Origin: Paraspadella gotoi
Lineage: Eukaryota > Animalia > Chaetognatha
Direction of reading: 5' to 3'
Assembly (NCBI GenBank): GCA_051294375.1
Contig: CM119268.1
Span: forward strand, 3,886,992 to 3,950,991
Length of the DNA stretch: 64,000 nucleotides
The first letter of the stretch is position 1; each line of letters starts with the position of its first letter. The position numbers and the translations under genes are program-made. Positions 13,676-29,257 of this stretch are shown here, piece after piece. Under the pieces are notes generated by a model. That model saw only the letters and a list, made by a program, of their open reading frames with translations. It was not told where the DNA came from and ran no database searches.

Positions 13676-14154
13676 TGCTAAGTTTAACGTTAACATCTTA
13701 TATGACATAACAATTTAGGGTCAATTATAATTAAATAATTTTAGCCGGGTTGCATGTAAATCCTGAGGTGAGAAGCTTCTCGCCATCTGGCCTTGAGAGA
13801 CTTCGGACCCTCAGCGGTTGCCCCAAACCATTGACGCTTTACGTTGTTTCCGTGACTCTATTCTGACGGAGATAACGCTTTAGGCCGCCTCGACCGAGAA
13901 ATCTCGTTGAAGTTCATTCGAATTAATATTGACTCTCTTCGTCGTTAATCTTTTCTGACTTCCTACCAACTTTTTCCCCTCCTCTTACCCCGCCCCCTTT
14001 CCCTCTTCCACCCCCTAACCCGTCCCGCCCCTTCTGGCCGAAAGGATTGCGAGGGAAGTCGCGTCGTCTGAAAAAGACGCCAAGAAAAACGCGGCGCGAA
14101 TTGCGGACAAGGCGAGGGGGGTGGGGCTGTGTTGTTGTTGTTTCAAAGATTCGC

Positions 14155-14340
14155 TTTTAGTATTCTAGCAAATTCGTAGTAGGATTTACGAGAGCGTTTT
14201 TTTTTTGTTTTTTTTTTGTTAAATATTTCGATTCTTATGGACGAATCATTTTTTCAAGCGGTCCATAAGAATCGAAATATTGACAGAAAAACTAAAAAAA
14301 AAAGCACTTGTAATCCTATACGAATTGCTTAATACTAAAT
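14155..14340. mobile_element. Foldback/MITE-like inverted repeat (mirror copy ~18750-18950)
   Basis: ATATTTCGATTCTTATGGAC...GTCCATAAGAATCGAAATAT core, with outer arms TTTAGTATT..GCAAATTCGTAG / TACGAATTGCTTAATACTAAA. Confidence 0.65.
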
Positions 14341-15584
14341 AATTATCTTCGAGTTTAATGTCTCTTCAACAACTGATTCACTTTTGTTGGATATGACGTT
14401 TGATTTTTTTTTTAATGTTTTTTTTTGTTAGTAAAAATATTTTAGGTACCATAAAGCCCCAAAGAAAGTCTACACAAGAGTTAAACTACGCTCGTCTCCT
14501 TAACTCTGATGCTTTAAGTCCTAAGTATCGTCTTATTTTTCCTGGGTATATTTTCTTGATACTGATTGTACAATTATGACATGTTTCATAATCGACGAAA
14601 ATATCAATTGTTCATATTTTTCTTTATTTAAAACTTTCATGCAGTCGTCAAACGAGGCTAACGCCATCATTGACTCGCGTCACGAGGTACCGTTTACTGA
14701 TTTGTTAATTAAACAACATAATAAATATATAAATAAAACCTGGTAAAGGGAATCAAGTTAAACAACAATTCAGATTCCAAAATATAAACGCCAAATCTAC
14801 TTTTACGTATTTTTATAAATCGATCCTATACCTAAATTCACACTCACTTCAACCTTACCTCACCTCAATCCCCTTTTTAAGAAAGATCACCCTGACTCCG
14901 CCCGTGCGGCGCCGAGTTCGCCCAACCGGTGCCAGCGCCGCCACACCAGGCACTGCCTCAGCAAGTCTGAGCAGAGAAGGCTGCTGCGTCAGGCGCAGTA
15001 CTTGAAACCGGGCAACGAGAAAAGCCTGAGAAGGTAGGTGAAGGGGTTTGGGTGGAGTTAATAGTATTGACTTTACTCAGTTAAATGTAATGGTAATAGT
15101 TTATAAATATTTCAAAATTTTACTTCGGCTGCACACGAAAATTATCAAAGCGAAGGAACGGATGGACGGAACGGAGGGAGACGAACGGACGGACATTGGC
15201 GCAGGGAAACGAATTTTTGAAAAAAATTGATTTCAAGTAGCTTTTTTATACAATATTATAATCCGTATGTCTCATTTACCGTGTCAGTCATAAATTTGGT
15301 CTGTATACTGTCTAGGCACCATTTTTTGGTCTAACATTTCTCTCTTCTCTCCCTGTCTCTCGTCTCTCTCTCTCTGTCTCTCCTCTCCTCTCTCCTCTCC
15401 TCTCTCTCTCGTCTCTCTCTCCTCTCTCTCTCCCTGCTCACACACTCGCTTGTTTAGCAAGGCATTTGGTTCGATGCATCCCTGAATTAAATGAAATAGG
15501 CTCTCGTTTTGACGTAAATCCAGAAAAAAGCCGAACGGAGGAAAAAAATATTGCAAACAAAAGGAAAAAAAGTTAATACATAAT

Positions 15585-15647
<63 letters not shown>

Positions 15648-16491
15648 AGATGAGAGAATCTAAGGAAAAAAGGAAGAAAGAAAAGTATTAACAAGGCGCG
15701 ATCATGTATTATGCAGTCGTTTACTTTCAGCATCATAACGAAGGCATAATGATTTGACGGGCCATCGACTTTCGTCGCGATGGATCAAAACGCAGACTTG
15801 TTTTTTATTGAGTTTTATTGAAGAATCTGTCTCGTGCAGGATTCCATTTCTTTTGTGTTGTGGGGCGGAGGGGGCGTGGGGAATAGAGATGTGCGAGGAA
15901 ACGACGTCGTGGTGGTTAAGTCAAAGGAGAAGAGTTATAAAAAGCTTTAATTTACAATATGACTATATGTACAGGACTACAATATAGATTACAATATGAG
16001 ATACCAGATATATTTTTTTTATCTTTTTTCCATTCTGGCTTTGGAATATTTCGTTTTATGTCAACTCTTAATTCTTAAAAATGGGACAAAATATTTTTAA
16101 AAATAGAACGTTAAATGTTTTTTCTTTTTAATTAAAATTGTATGGTAAAATTTTTTTTTAAATAAACATTGACTTAATTAAAAAAAACATAATACCACAT
16201 AAACCAAAAAAAAAGCTAAATACGAAGGAAGAGCAGATACATTACGGCGAATTTAGTCAATACTGCTTGCGATATTTTATGTAGGAATAAAATGGAAAGA
16301 GAGAGCAATAAAAAATATAAATCATAAAGGGAAAGACAGAGAATGACACAAAATGGAAAATTGGACAAATGGTAAAATCAGGTACAAAAAAAAAAAAAAA
16401 AAGGAAACTTTTGTTTTGTTTGTCCCACGGCGTCCCCTATAAGCGAAGCCATTTTTTTTTCTTTGAAAATATGAGAAAGAGAGAGAGAGAG

Positions 16492-16570
<79 letters not shown>

Positions 16571-17443
16571 GAGAGAGAGGAACAGAGACAGACGACAGAG
16601 ATTCTCCGGTATCCGTCTAACTCGATTAATTCAAAAATCCTGCTCGCAGCCCTTTCGCCTTTCTCGTGCCACACAAATCAATCTTTTTTGTGTTANNNNN
16701 NNNNNNNNNNNNNNNNNNNNACCTGATTTTATCCATTTCCAATTTTCCATTTTGTGTCATTCTCTGTCTTTCCCTTTTATGATTTATATTTTTTATTGCT
16801 CTCTTTCCATTTTATTCCTACATATAAATATCGCAAGCAGTATTGACTAAATTCGCCGTAATGTATCTGCTCTTTCCTTCGTATTTAGCTTTTTTTTTGG
16901 TTTATGTGGTATTATGTTTTTTTTAATTAAGTCAATGTTTATTTAAAAAAAAATTTTACCATACAATTTAATTAAAAAGAAAAAACATTTAACGTTCTAT
17001 TTTTAAAATATTTTGTCCCATTTTTAAGAATTAAGAGTTGACATAAAACAAATATTCCAAAGCCAGATGGAAAAAAGATAAAAAAATATATCTGGTATCT
17101 CATATTGTAATCATATTGTAGTCCTGTACATATAGTCATATTGTAAATTAAAGCTTTTTATAAACTCTTCCTCCCTTTGACTTAACCACCACGACGTCGT
17201 TTCCTCGCACATCTCTATTCCCCACGCCCCCCCGCCCCACAACAAAAAGAAATGGAATCCTGCACGAGACAGATTCTTCAATAAAAACTCAATAAAAAAC
17301 AAGTCTGCGTTTGATCCCATCGCGACGAAAGGTCGATGGCCCGTCAAATCATTATGCCTTCGTTATGATGCTGAAAGTAAACGACTGCATAATACATGAT
17401 CGCGCCTTGTTAATACTTTCTTTCCTTCCTTTTTTCTTAGATT

Positions 17444-17520
<77 letters not shown>

Positions 17521-17673
17521 ATTATGTATTAACTTTTTTCCTTTTGTTTGCAATATTTTTTTCCTCCGTTCGGCTTTTTTCTGATTTACGTCAAAACGAG
17601 AGCCTATTTCATAATTCAGGGATGCATCGAACCAAATGCCTTGTAAACAAAGGCGAGTGTGAGCGAGAGAGAG

Positions 17674-17724
<51 letters not shown>

Positions 17725-17854
17725 GAGACAGAGATCGAGAGCACATGAGAGACGAGAAATGTTAGACCAAAAAATGGTGCCTAGACAGTATACAGACCAA
17801 ATTTATAGACTGACAGGTAAATGAGACATACGGATTATAATATGTATAAAAAAG

Positions 17855-20800
17855 CTACTTGAAATCAATTTTTTTCAAAATTCGTTTCCCTGCGCCAATG
17901 TCCGTCCGTTCGTTCGTCCCTCCGTCCGTCCATCCGTTCCTTCGCTTTGATAATTCGTGTGCAGCGAAGTAAAATTTGAAATTTTATTTTAAACTTTTAC
18001 CATTACATTAACTGAGTAAAGTCAATTACTTTAACTCCACCCAAACCCCTTCACCTTACCTTCTCAGGCTTTCTCGTTGCCCGGTTTCAAGTACTGCGCC
18101 TGACGCAGCAGCTTCCTCTGCTCAGACTTTGCTGAGGCAGTGCCGGAGCTGGTGGCGGCGCTGGCACCGGCGTTGGGCGAACTCGGCGCCGCACGGGCGG
18201 AGTCAAGGGTGATCTTTCTAAAAAGGGGGATTGAGGTGAGGTAAGGTGAAGTGAGGTGAATTTAGGTAAGGATCGATTTATAAAATACGTAAAAGTAGAT
18301 TTGCGTTTATATTTGGAATCTGAATTGTGTTTTAACTTGATTCCACTTTACCAGGTTTTATTTATAATTTATTATGTTGTTTAATTAACAAATCAGTAAA
18401 CGGTTACCTCGTGACGCGAGTCAATGATGGCGTAGCCTCGTTTGACGACTGATGAAAGTTTAAATAAAAGAAAATATGAACAATTGATATTTCGTCGATT
18501 ATGAAACATGTCATAATTGTACAATCAGTATCAAGAAAATATACCCAGGAAAAATAAGACGATACTTAGGACTTAAAGCATCAGAGTTAAAGGGAGACGA
18601 GCGTAGTTTAACTCTTGTGTAGACTTTCTTTGGGCTTTATGGTACCTAAAATATTTTTACTAACAAAAAAAAACATTAAAAAAAAAAATCAAACGTCATA
18701 TCCAACAAAAGTGAATCAGTTGTTGAAGAGACATTAAACGAGATAATTATTTAGTATTAAGCAATTCGTAGTAGGATTTACAAGTGCTTTTTTTTTTTAG
18801 TTTTTCTGTCAATATTTCGATTCTTATGGACCGCCTTGAAAAAATGATTCGTCCATAAGAATCGAAATATTAACAAAAAAAAAAACACAAAAAAAAACAA
18901 AAAAAAAAACGCTCTCGTAAATCCTACTACGAATTGCTAAATACTAAAAGCGAATCTTTGAAACAACAACAACACAGCCCACCCCCCTCGCCTTGTCCGC
19001 AATTCGCGCCGCGTTTTTCTTGGCGTCTTTTTCAGACGACGCGACTTCCCTCGCAATCCTTTCGGCCAGAAGGGGGGGGACGGGTTAGGGGGTGGAAGAG
19101 GGAAGGGGGCGGGTAAGAGGAGGGGAAAAAGTTGGTAGGAAGTCAGAAAAGATTAACGACGAAGAGGAGTCAATATAATTCGAATGAACTTCAACGAGAT
19201 TTCTCGGTCGAGGCGGCTAAAGCGTTATCTCCGTCAGAATAGAGTCACGGAAACAACGTAAAAGCGTCAATGGTTTGGGGCAACCGCTGAGGGTCCGAAG
19301 TCTCTCAAGGCCAGATGGCGAGAAGCTTCTCACCTCAGGATTTACATGCAACCCGGCTAAAATTATTTAATTATAATTGACCCTAAATTGTTATGTCATA
19401 TAAGATGTTAACGTTAAACTTAGCAGTAGCAGTTAAGAGAGACGGGGCGCTTAACCCGCCTGTAACACGGTGTTACAGCCTGATCCGAAGTTCAGGGACT
19501 GCTTATATTGAACGGTTCTGTCACTAACACATAAAATCATTACTCTCTCTTCAATGGTTAATAATTAAGGATTAATGATGAATGGTTAATGACTAAAAAA
19601 ATTATATTAGGGTTACGGGTTTGGTTAGATATATTGTAAGACATTAAAGTTAAATATTAAGCTTAAAACTACTGAACCATCACCCATTGTTACCCACCGT
19701 AACCTCACCCTACCCTACTTGGTGCCCGAGATGCCGACGGAGGACTGGGCCGCGACCCCGAGTTCGTTCGTCGTCGGCGGAAATAGACGTTTCGCTTCGT
19801 CCACGACGGCCTGTTGGGGGAAAAGGGGACAGAAGGGGGGGGGGAGTGGAAAGTATATGTCGAGTACATGTGCCTCCTTTATACAAATCATTACGAAAGT
19901 TAGGGACGTGGAAAACGGAAAAAAAACCCTAGGTCGTTAACGATAGTATATTTTATTTTAATTTTATGTTGGTACATCAAAAGGGTTTTTTTTTTAAACT
20001 TTGACAGGGCAGAGCAATTAAATAATTGTTTCATTTTTTATCCCCTTTTTTTATCGTGAAAACACGGACAAAATTAGATCGGACCTGATAGCAAAAACGA
20101 AACTGTTCCCAAGATTGAACCAAACTCATTCTGCATTTTCGGAGACCAATGAGGAGCTGCACCATGTCGCAAGGTTCCATCGTGTTCTGTCGTGAAAGTT
20201 TGACAAAAGGGTTTCTATCTCGTTATCTCACTTCGCTCTCTTTCTTTCTCTACTCTTCGTCCTACTCTGGCTTTCATGAGGAAAAGCATCGAATCGATGA
20301 GAATAAAAGATCCAGATCTTCCGATTCCCGCGCTGCAGTGAACGACTAGTGGCGGCGCCCCGTGATCCAAAGCGCCGCTGGCTTTTACTTTAGAAAAATA
20401 AACAAAAGACAATCGAAAATTAAAAGGAAAGTAGTATTTTTAGTTCAGAGCAAATAAAAGAAAGCTTGTTTAGACGTGTTTTTTTTTTTCAACTAAAAAG
20501 ATAAAAAGAAAATTTTATTTTCGCAAAAATTTTAAAAGAGTTTTTTTTGTTTTACAACAGATTATGTAAATTTAATAATAATTAATAATAAATAATAAGC
20601 CAGTAATGGAGTCACCGGCGTAGAGAAGCGACATCATGTCCTTTGACTCGAAGGGAACTCCAAAGTCTGGCCAAGTCGTGAAGTGAAAGTGTAGAATCTC
20701 ACGACTTTGTGTGTTGTTGTTGTTGCTGTTGAAGCGGTTGTTGTTACTGATGTTCTTTTTCTGTCGGAGCTGTAGTCTGTCAAAAGAAAGAAATAAAGAA

Positions 20801-23800
20801 AGAAACAAAGAAACCAAGAAACCAAGAAACCAAGTAAGAAAATAGCAATACAATGAGCACTCGGATAGACCCATCAGACCGACCGACCGAGCGACCTGGT
20901 CAAGTTGTAGCAATCCTTGGTTTCCATGGAAACGAACATGAGCTCCAAATCGAGGCCATCGAAGCTGAAACCGTCGTTGTCGCCAACTCGCGACCCGAGA
21001 GGCCAATACCTAGACCACGGAGGAATCGCGGTTGCGAGGTATTGCAGGAGTCGATGGACAATGAAGTTTTTGAAGTATTGCAGATTGTATTGGTGGTTTC
21101 GTTTTCCCGATGAATGAATCGGAAATAAATTTATGGAATGTGTTTGGAATATAAAAGGTATTTCGAATGTTTTTTTGGTGTCAATAACTATGCTCAGTAG
21201 CTAAATAAAAGGTAAGAAATAATTTGGGATAATCTCAAGAAGACAATTAAAATTTGACTTGCTGAAAACTCTTAAGAATTGTTAAATATCAATACTAAAA
21301 AATATATAATAATAATAATATTAATAATAATAAAAGACTTACGAGGCGCATTTAGGTCTATTATTCTCCATGACATTGTTCAACATGACGATAGCGCGAC
21401 AATTTTGCTCCCACATCATTTGCCAAAAGTGAGGCACGGTGTGATCCAAAGGTCCCTGTTTGTTGGAATACTTTTTGACATTATGATTAAATTTATTGGT
21501 CTCTTGTTTTCTCTATAACTGTAGCAACGACGTAATCCTATATTACTAACTAAATTTATGTGCTGCCATCTTGAAATAAGTGTTGTAAATATTTTGTAAG
21601 AAACAAAAGTCAAACCCTTATATAAAAGGTAGCTTCACTTGTTTGAGTCACTCCTGGCTAAAAGGATGTTAGTATTTGTCTTGTAAAAAATGATTATTTT
21701 TTCTTTAAAGAATAAGTTTCTAATAAATTGTTATTTTTAGTTTTTAGTGCTTATACTCCTTGCTAAAAATGGAAACTACAATGCCATCTGCTTTAAATTC
21801 GTTATTGTCTCCTGTTGTCTACATAATTATGAACTTATGTAATAAAACGATTTAAACTTTAAAATTCCTTGAAATGCCAATTAAACAAACTCGAATTGAA
21901 CATCCTCAGTTAAAGAATAATAAATATAACGTTTAATATCTCGTCAACTAACCCTCAAAACGTCCGTTACTCGATCAGTGTTGATTATTATGTTTATTTT
22001 AGTTATTGGTAAGTTACTAATAAGTTAATAATAATACAAAATTATAACTGCACGATAATTGGGCTAAACGTTTATGCGAAAAAGAGTCAGATTATATATA
22101 TCGCAAAATAATAATTACCAATCGTGAGTTTTTAAACATGTATAAAAATACGAATTCCGGTCGAAAAAAAAATTGCGGGCCACCCCTTTAGCTCGATTTG
22201 GGTTAAGTACTCGTTCGAATTCTCTGACCCTTACCCAGACTAATCCCCAACCCCCTCACCCAGAATACCCTCACCTGGGTCAGAATGTATCTCCGGTCCA
22301 AATCCGGAAATCCGGCGAGGTCTCCGTTGACGTGGTTGGCGTTGATGTATTCAACGCCACCGGAACGAAGTTTGACGCGGGTTTGATCGTAGGGGAGGAC
22401 GTCTCTTTGGGGGGGGGGGTATGGTGGTTGGGTCGGGGTGGTCGAGGTGGTCGGAAGAAGAGATACGAAAGTGAATCGTCATGTCATGTCATGTCATTCC
22501 ATTTTTATATCGATGTTTCGACTTTTATGTTTGGCGTCAGTGTGTCACAATGAAATTAATTATAAAATATCAATGAGGAAAAAACATTTATTTTAATAAT
22601 AATAAAAAGATTAAGTAAAAATACTATTCCAAAGAAAAATTTTTAAAAAGGATGCCGTACCAAACTAAAGGGGACTGCGCCAGGCGAATGCTTCTATTTT
22701 TAAAACACCATAACTAATAACAAACATGATATTTTTCCTTTGCATTTCACGACGCAAACCAATTTATTTAACGGCCTCTCACGGTCAACCCCGCCCAGCG
22801 TTTATCGCCGTTATCATCATCATCGTCATCATCTTCATCATCATGGTCGTCATCTTCAAAGTCATCATCGCGGTCCTGGATCTTAAGTGAAGAGGACAAT
22901 TTTAAAAGGATATGTTTTTTTTTTCTCCAAAGAAGAACGTAAAGTTTTTAACGATTCGGCGAATTTCTCCGCCGGTCCAAAAAAACAGCGGCAATTTTTG
23001 AATCTGAAAATGAAAAAAAAAAGAAAAAAAGAAAACAAAACAAAAACGGACGAAAGAGCAGTAAAGAAACATATTAACATATTAACTGTTGAATAACAGT
23101 TTTATCAAATCGTCACATTCTTTACACACGAAGGGAGCACCGATGATGACTACGATGAACACTACTGATTTCTACAGATGACTACTGATGACTACTGATG
23201 AAAACGATATAAGGAGAGAGTTTTTTGCCTTTAGTTTTTTTCAAAAACACTTAGAAAATAAAATCTTTTAAACCTCTTTTTGTAAATTTTAAAATATAAA
23301 CAAAAAAAGAGAAAACCTAATTTAAGAAGAGTATTATCGAATATCGTATCGTAACTTATGTAGAATGTCCACGGTCCAAGGACCATTGCCCAATGCCCAA
23401 TGCCCAATGCCCAATGCTCAATGCCCCAATTGCTCCATGCCTGTATCGATTGAACTGTTGATTCGTGGGATGTTTGGCGATCCTTGTCGTCAGCCTCGCC
23501 TCCTCAACGGCCGCGTGGGAAGCCTCGTTCACTGACTAAATCGATCAAGCAATCGATATACCAATCACTAATCAATCAAGCAATGAGTCGTTCAATCAAT
23601 CAATTAATTAATGAAACATTTGATAAATCAATCAGTCAATCAACCCATGAGATACTGCGTTCAATCCTCAATGGAAGGAAGCGTGTTGGCGGCCGCCTCA
23701 AGCCTGGTTCCAAGCCCAGGACCCGTTCCATTGCCGCTTAAGGGGAACAGATAGTCTTCATATCCACACCACCGGCTTTACCCTAAACGACGAGGGCCAA

Positions 23801-23856
23801 GTTCCGGCTTTGTCCCGGGTCATGAGGTACTTCTCGGTCTGACAACTCGGAAACAT
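17855..23856 (-). CDS. Non-receptor protein tyrosine phosphatase, PTP1B/TC-PTP (PTPN1/PTPN2)-like
   Basis: Exons 23782-23856 ([25 protein letters not shown]), 23441-23535 (...FNRYR, GC donor), 22275-22404 (DVLPYD...YINAN...YILTQ), 21343-21455 ([11 protein letters not shown]), 20896-21009 (YWP), 20616-20776 (WPDFGVP), 20266-20387 ([11 protein letters not shown]), 20085-20186 ([15 protein letters not shown]). Tail exons down to ~17855 are less certain and contain some indels. Confidence 0.9.
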
Positions 23857-24495
23857 GGCGACCCCTCGGTTCTCTCTCTTTTGTCCTTATCTCATTTCTG
23901 TCGTCCAAATTTTCAGTCGGGATCGAGTATTCGTCAAATCTTCGCGGGAAACGAGAGCAAATTTTCTTTTAGCGACATCTGTGGGAGTTTCTTGTTCTTT
24001 TGTTTCAATCGGCTAGTTACCTGTTCTTTTTTCCTTTTTACGTATTATTATTGCTCCTTTTTTTTTGGAATTATTTCGTGATCTCGGATCAATTTTTGTG
24101 CTCAAAACTAACTTATGATTTTTTTATTTGTAGAAAATCTTTTTTTAAATCTATCAATAGTGCACACTGCACTGCACTGCAGTGCACAGGTACAATACAC
24201 TATGTACAAAAAATGACACGTCGGTGTTAAGTGAAATCCTGTTAATCTTTGTATATGATTCTTCAAAGGAGCATTCAAATAGTGCGGACATGTATAATTT
24301 ATTATGCATTTGCAATACGTTTCCCATCGATTATAATTTATTTCAACGATGATTTCGGAACGGTCAAAAAGTCGCGCACTTATCTCCTTCTACAATTTAT
24401 TCGCAAAAAATATAACGGAAAACAAATTACAAGTAATCATTCTCTTTTGCTAAAAATTTATTAGTTTTTTAAAAAAGGAAATGGGGAGGGGGAGG

Positions 24496-24561
<66 letters not shown>

Positions 24562-25489
24562 TAGAAGGAGGAGAGAGAGAGAGAGAGAGAGAGAGGGTCA
24601 TTCAATCTCTCCGATCGAAGTTTCATCTTTTCGTGACTGATTCAAGATTTATTTTCTTTCAGGTGCTGGATCGTTTCAATTCTTTTTTTCTGTCCAATTA
24701 TTTAAGTTGACTTTTTTTTTTAAAACTAAACAACCGAATGAAAAAAAACTAGTACTTAATTAAAAAAAACATTAGCAGTTGAACATTAATTTTATCGGCC
24801 AGACTGACTTTTTGAAATTCTTTTTTTATCCCTGGGTCAGTTTACACTTTACAGTCTCATCACTCGATCTGGACCAAAATTGTGAAAGTTTGAAAGTTCG
24901 TCGTCGTAGTCGCCATCATCGTCGTCGTAGTCGTCGTAGTCGTTCTCTCCGCTCACAAAGGTCGTCTTACACTTTTCTAACTCTCTCTCTCTCACCCTCA
25001 GCGATTCTCCAAACATTTGATCTTTCCCTTAGCTTTTCACAAATCACGCCATCTCTTCTTCCATCACAGATTTCTTGATTTCTTTTTGATTCCTTCAACA
25101 TCCCTCTTTAATATCACAACCTGCTCCCCATTCAACATTCCAACCTGCTCCCTCTTTAACAACCGAACCTGCTCCCTTCACTTTGACCCTCTCATAAAAC
25201 TTTTATATAAATTGCAAAATTACTTGTTTCACTATTTAATTTTTTTAGATTTTATTATTTTTTTCTTAGTTTCCTTTTTATTTTTGGGGGGGAAAGTTAG
25301 TGTTGTATTATGGAAATAGAGTGAGCGTCTATATACAACTCAAGATTAAAATACTTTCCCCCCCAGTTTTATAATAGACGTGACGCATCATTTCTGTTAG
25401 AAAATCATTACTTAAAACTCAAAACATCTAATTTTCTAAGAGGCCGAACACAACTTTTCTATTTTCCACTTTTTTTTTCTCCCCCGTGT

Positions 25490-25751
25490 TTTCTGGCCCC
25501 CCCCACACCCCTCGCTGTCCAGTGTCCACCGCCTCTATATTCCCTTGTCTCTTATCTTTAACCACCCTCTACCATCCCTCTTCATTTATCCCCACCACCC
25601 TCAAACCCTTGACACCCTAATCCCCACACGCACACCCCTACACCACTCCGCCACTCAACCTGTCGCTTTTCGCTTTCATCCTTTTTGTTTTGATTTCGTC
25701 TCATTTTTATTTTGTTTTTTTTTCCTTCGTCGATGAACTTCTTGGTCTTTC

Positions 25752-25806
<55 letters not shown>

Positions 25807-25807
25807 T

Positions 25808-25849
<42 letters not shown>

Positions 25850-26311
25850 GTGTCGCATATGTAAAGAATTAAGTACTTTTTCACGAAAGCCTTGAGGAAT
25901 TTTTGTAAAAAATTAGCTAGATTTTATACTGTAACCACATAGATTCAAGTCGAATCTTACTTTTACAATACGAAAAACTAATTTAGAAAGCGTGTTTTAT
26001 TAACAATAATTGATAATATGGAGAAAAATAGACAAAGAAAATATTGCGGCCAGAAACTATCTATCATCTTTCCTTTCGTCTTAATCTTAAATCATCTCGT
26101 CGTCGTCGTCGTCGTCGTCATAACTATCAAAGGTAGAAATGAAATATGTCGTCCATATAGAAAAGAGACGCGAAATTGACGAGACTTTCGTGCCTTTTAA
26201 CATTTTATATCTTTATTTTTTTATATCTTTTTCATTTGATTTTTTTTCTCTCACTTTCGGGCGGCGAACGAATCCATTCATCCCCAGCCGTATCAGTCAC
26301 CCGCGTTTCGT

Positions 26312-26403
<92 letters not shown>

Positions 26404-29180
26404 CATATTAAAAAAATTATTAAAAGTGTTGGTCAACTTTTAAATCGCAACGTTTTTTATAAGTTTTTCAGGTCGCATCAATTTAAGCGGTACATTGTAA
26501 TTTGCATATTGTAAAAGTTGTTTGTTTTTTTATTATTTCCTCATTCACCCATTTGTTCCACCTTCTTTTTATAACAAGGGTTCAGACGCGAAATAGCACT
26601 TTCGTGAATTTCATGAAATAAATTAAAATGAACTAAATCTCCTTTCTTCATCAACTTTTTTTACATTTTTTTAAAAATAATTCAATCCATAATGTTTAAT
26701 TTGAATGGTGCGGACAAAATTGTTAAGGGCGACCGATTTCGCCGACCGCTTGTTTGAAAAAATCTCGTATTTTATTCTGAATTTAGATTTTTATCAGCGA
26801 ATATCATTAAACTGACGTTTGATTAAACGACGTTCACGACTTGACTCTATCTCTCTCTTTCTTTTTCTCTCTGCTCTCTCTCTCCTGCAATCTTTTTATT
26901 CTTTTTTAAAGAATGAATTTCTGAATTTTAAACTTCTCATTCTTGAGAAAGTTTTAGATAAAATCTTGCAGGAAAACAGTTGTACTCTTTCGATCCGTGA
27001 TCAAGTAACCACTGTTAGAACATCACAACAACATCCCTAACAAAATGTATAAAAAAAAAAAAAGGATGAGAAACTGAGAGACAAGAATTTTCCCTCATCT
27101 CCCGCGAACGCTTGACCTTTCCGACCCGACCTTCTCGTTAATTCTCCGCTCGCTTCCTCATTAACTTCCACTCTGTGTCTCATATTTTTTCTTTTTTTTT
27201 TTACGATTTTCTTTTTTTTCCGATGGCGATAGACTTTTTCTTTTTTTTTTTTTTTAAGGCGCTCATTTTTATTCGTTATTATTTTTCCCGCGGACGGACT
27301 GACGACGAACGGACGGACGGAAAGCCAGAAAGAGGACGGACAGACGAACGGACGGACAGACAGAGGGGTCGAATGGACGGACGTCCCGACCTCTAGCGGT
27401 CATCAATCAAGATTCGTGGAAAAGACGAAAAATTTGGGAAAAAAAGTCTGGGAGGCGAAAATGGCGATGGAGGTGAGTGAGTGGAGAGAGGTGAGAAGTG
27501 GGAGAATTTGGTGGTGCATTTGCTCTCTCTCTCTCCCCCCCCTCTTCTCATATTTTCACGTCGCATCCTCTTCCTCTCCTGAGTTTTCTTTCTACCTTCC
27601 GATCCTCTTCCACTTCCTCCATCTCTTCCTCCTCCTCTTCCACCTTCCTCCTCCCTCTTCCTCTTCCTCCCATCTCTTCCTCCTCCCTCTTCCTCTTCCT
27701 CCTCTTCCTCCCTCTTATAAAAGCCGTCCTCTCTCTCTCTCTCGTCACCACCAGAACCGAAATAATCGAGGATCGGACGTCGAATCCTCTGATCAGGAAA
27801 AAAAAAGCCCGGGATCCAAAACCCGCCTGGGAAATCCGTGGGTCAGAGAGAGAGAGAGAGCGAGAGAGAGACAGAGACAGAGACAAAAAAACGTCGCAAG
27901 CTTCTCTCTTTGGTCAGCGCGACTCTCAGAGTGAAAGGTAAGTTCAATGTCTAATTTTCGTTGTATTTGTTGTTATAATCATAGTTTTAAAAATAAGTTT
28001 AGTAAAGAAATCACTACTTTCGGATTTATGTCGGACTCTTATGAGCCAGATTGCTTCTTGAAGAAAGAATTATTTTATACAATCCTTCACCCTTCAGATG
28101 TAAACTTACCAATATTATTTTATTTTTTCTCATCATAACTTTCCTATCTTCAACATTACTTACCTTTTAATTTTGACCCGCATTGTTTAAAAAGGAAACT
28201 TTAAAGATAATGTTTCATTCATTGGTTAGACGGTACGTGATTTATTTTATCATTCAGCTATATTTTTATATATATATTTTTTGTATATATTTTTCAATTC
28301 TAAAAAAGTTAAAACTCACGCGACAGAGTCCGAGACGCAAGATGGCGACGGAAAAGTTGAGTCCAAAACATCCGGATTGGATTTGGCTTCAATCCCCGTC
28401 CGATCAGCTGATGGCCGAAAGGTCTGCTCCGTTTGATCCGAAGGTGAGGATGATTCGGCGAGTTTTACGGATGAGTCACATAGATAAGTCTGACTGTTGA
28501 TATTTTTTGTACTGAACATTAATTGATTGAGACTGAACTGAACTGAACTGAACTGAACTAAAGTGAACTGAAATGAACTGAACTGAACTGAACTGAAATG
28601 AAATGAACTGACTGAACAGAACTGAACTGAAATGAAATGAACTGACTGAACTGAACTGAACATTAAGTGATTGAGACGGCGGTTATCGTCCAGAATGAAG
28701 CTTGGCTAAATGAATGAAGAATGAAGAATGAAGCTTGGCTCTTTGAATAAATGAATGAAGAATGAAGCTTGGCTCTTTGAATAAATCATTCATGAATTGA
28801 TGAAATGATGAGAAAACGAATATAGGAGAAAGATTAAATTAATGATTGCAAGCTGCATGAATGATAGAATCAATTGATCAATCAAGTAATAAACCATTAA
28901 ATGAGTCAATGAAAGAATCAAATCCTAAATCAAAGACCAGATTCACTGTTGAATTTATTTATGTTTGAATACCCGAACAAATATAATATTATAATTTTAA
29001 GATTTAGGATGTAAAATCATCAATTAATTAATTAATTAATTAACTTACCCGAATTTTCTTCTAGACGGAATGTTGGGTGGCTGACCCGGAACTTGTCTAC
29101 GTGAAAGGAAAGATTGTTGGAGGAGACGGCGACAAAGCCATTCAAGTTCAGACCGAAAATGGCAACGTGAGTGGAACTCG

Positions 29181-29257
<77 letters not shown>

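Larger units (their letters stand above)
10601..15230 (+). pseudogene. Frameshifted inverted copy of the PTP gene lacking exons 1-2 (probable assembly duplicate)
   Basis: Same exons as 17855-22404 (YILTQ, WPDFGVP, HCxAG, QSWEQF) but with many indels. Confidence 0.7.
10385..22590. repeat. ~6-kb inverted duplication (arms ~10385-16383 and 16721-22590) around an N-gap
   Basis: Arms are reverse complements, including introns and microsatellites. They differ mostly by 1-bp indels, and the left arm degrades toward 10400. Confidence 0.92.

Noticed and set aside
22785-22882. Acidic extra exon within a PTP intron (minus strand)
   Set aside because: Its Asp-rich frame is incompatible with the phase-2 NRYR|D junction; probably a (GAT)n repeat.
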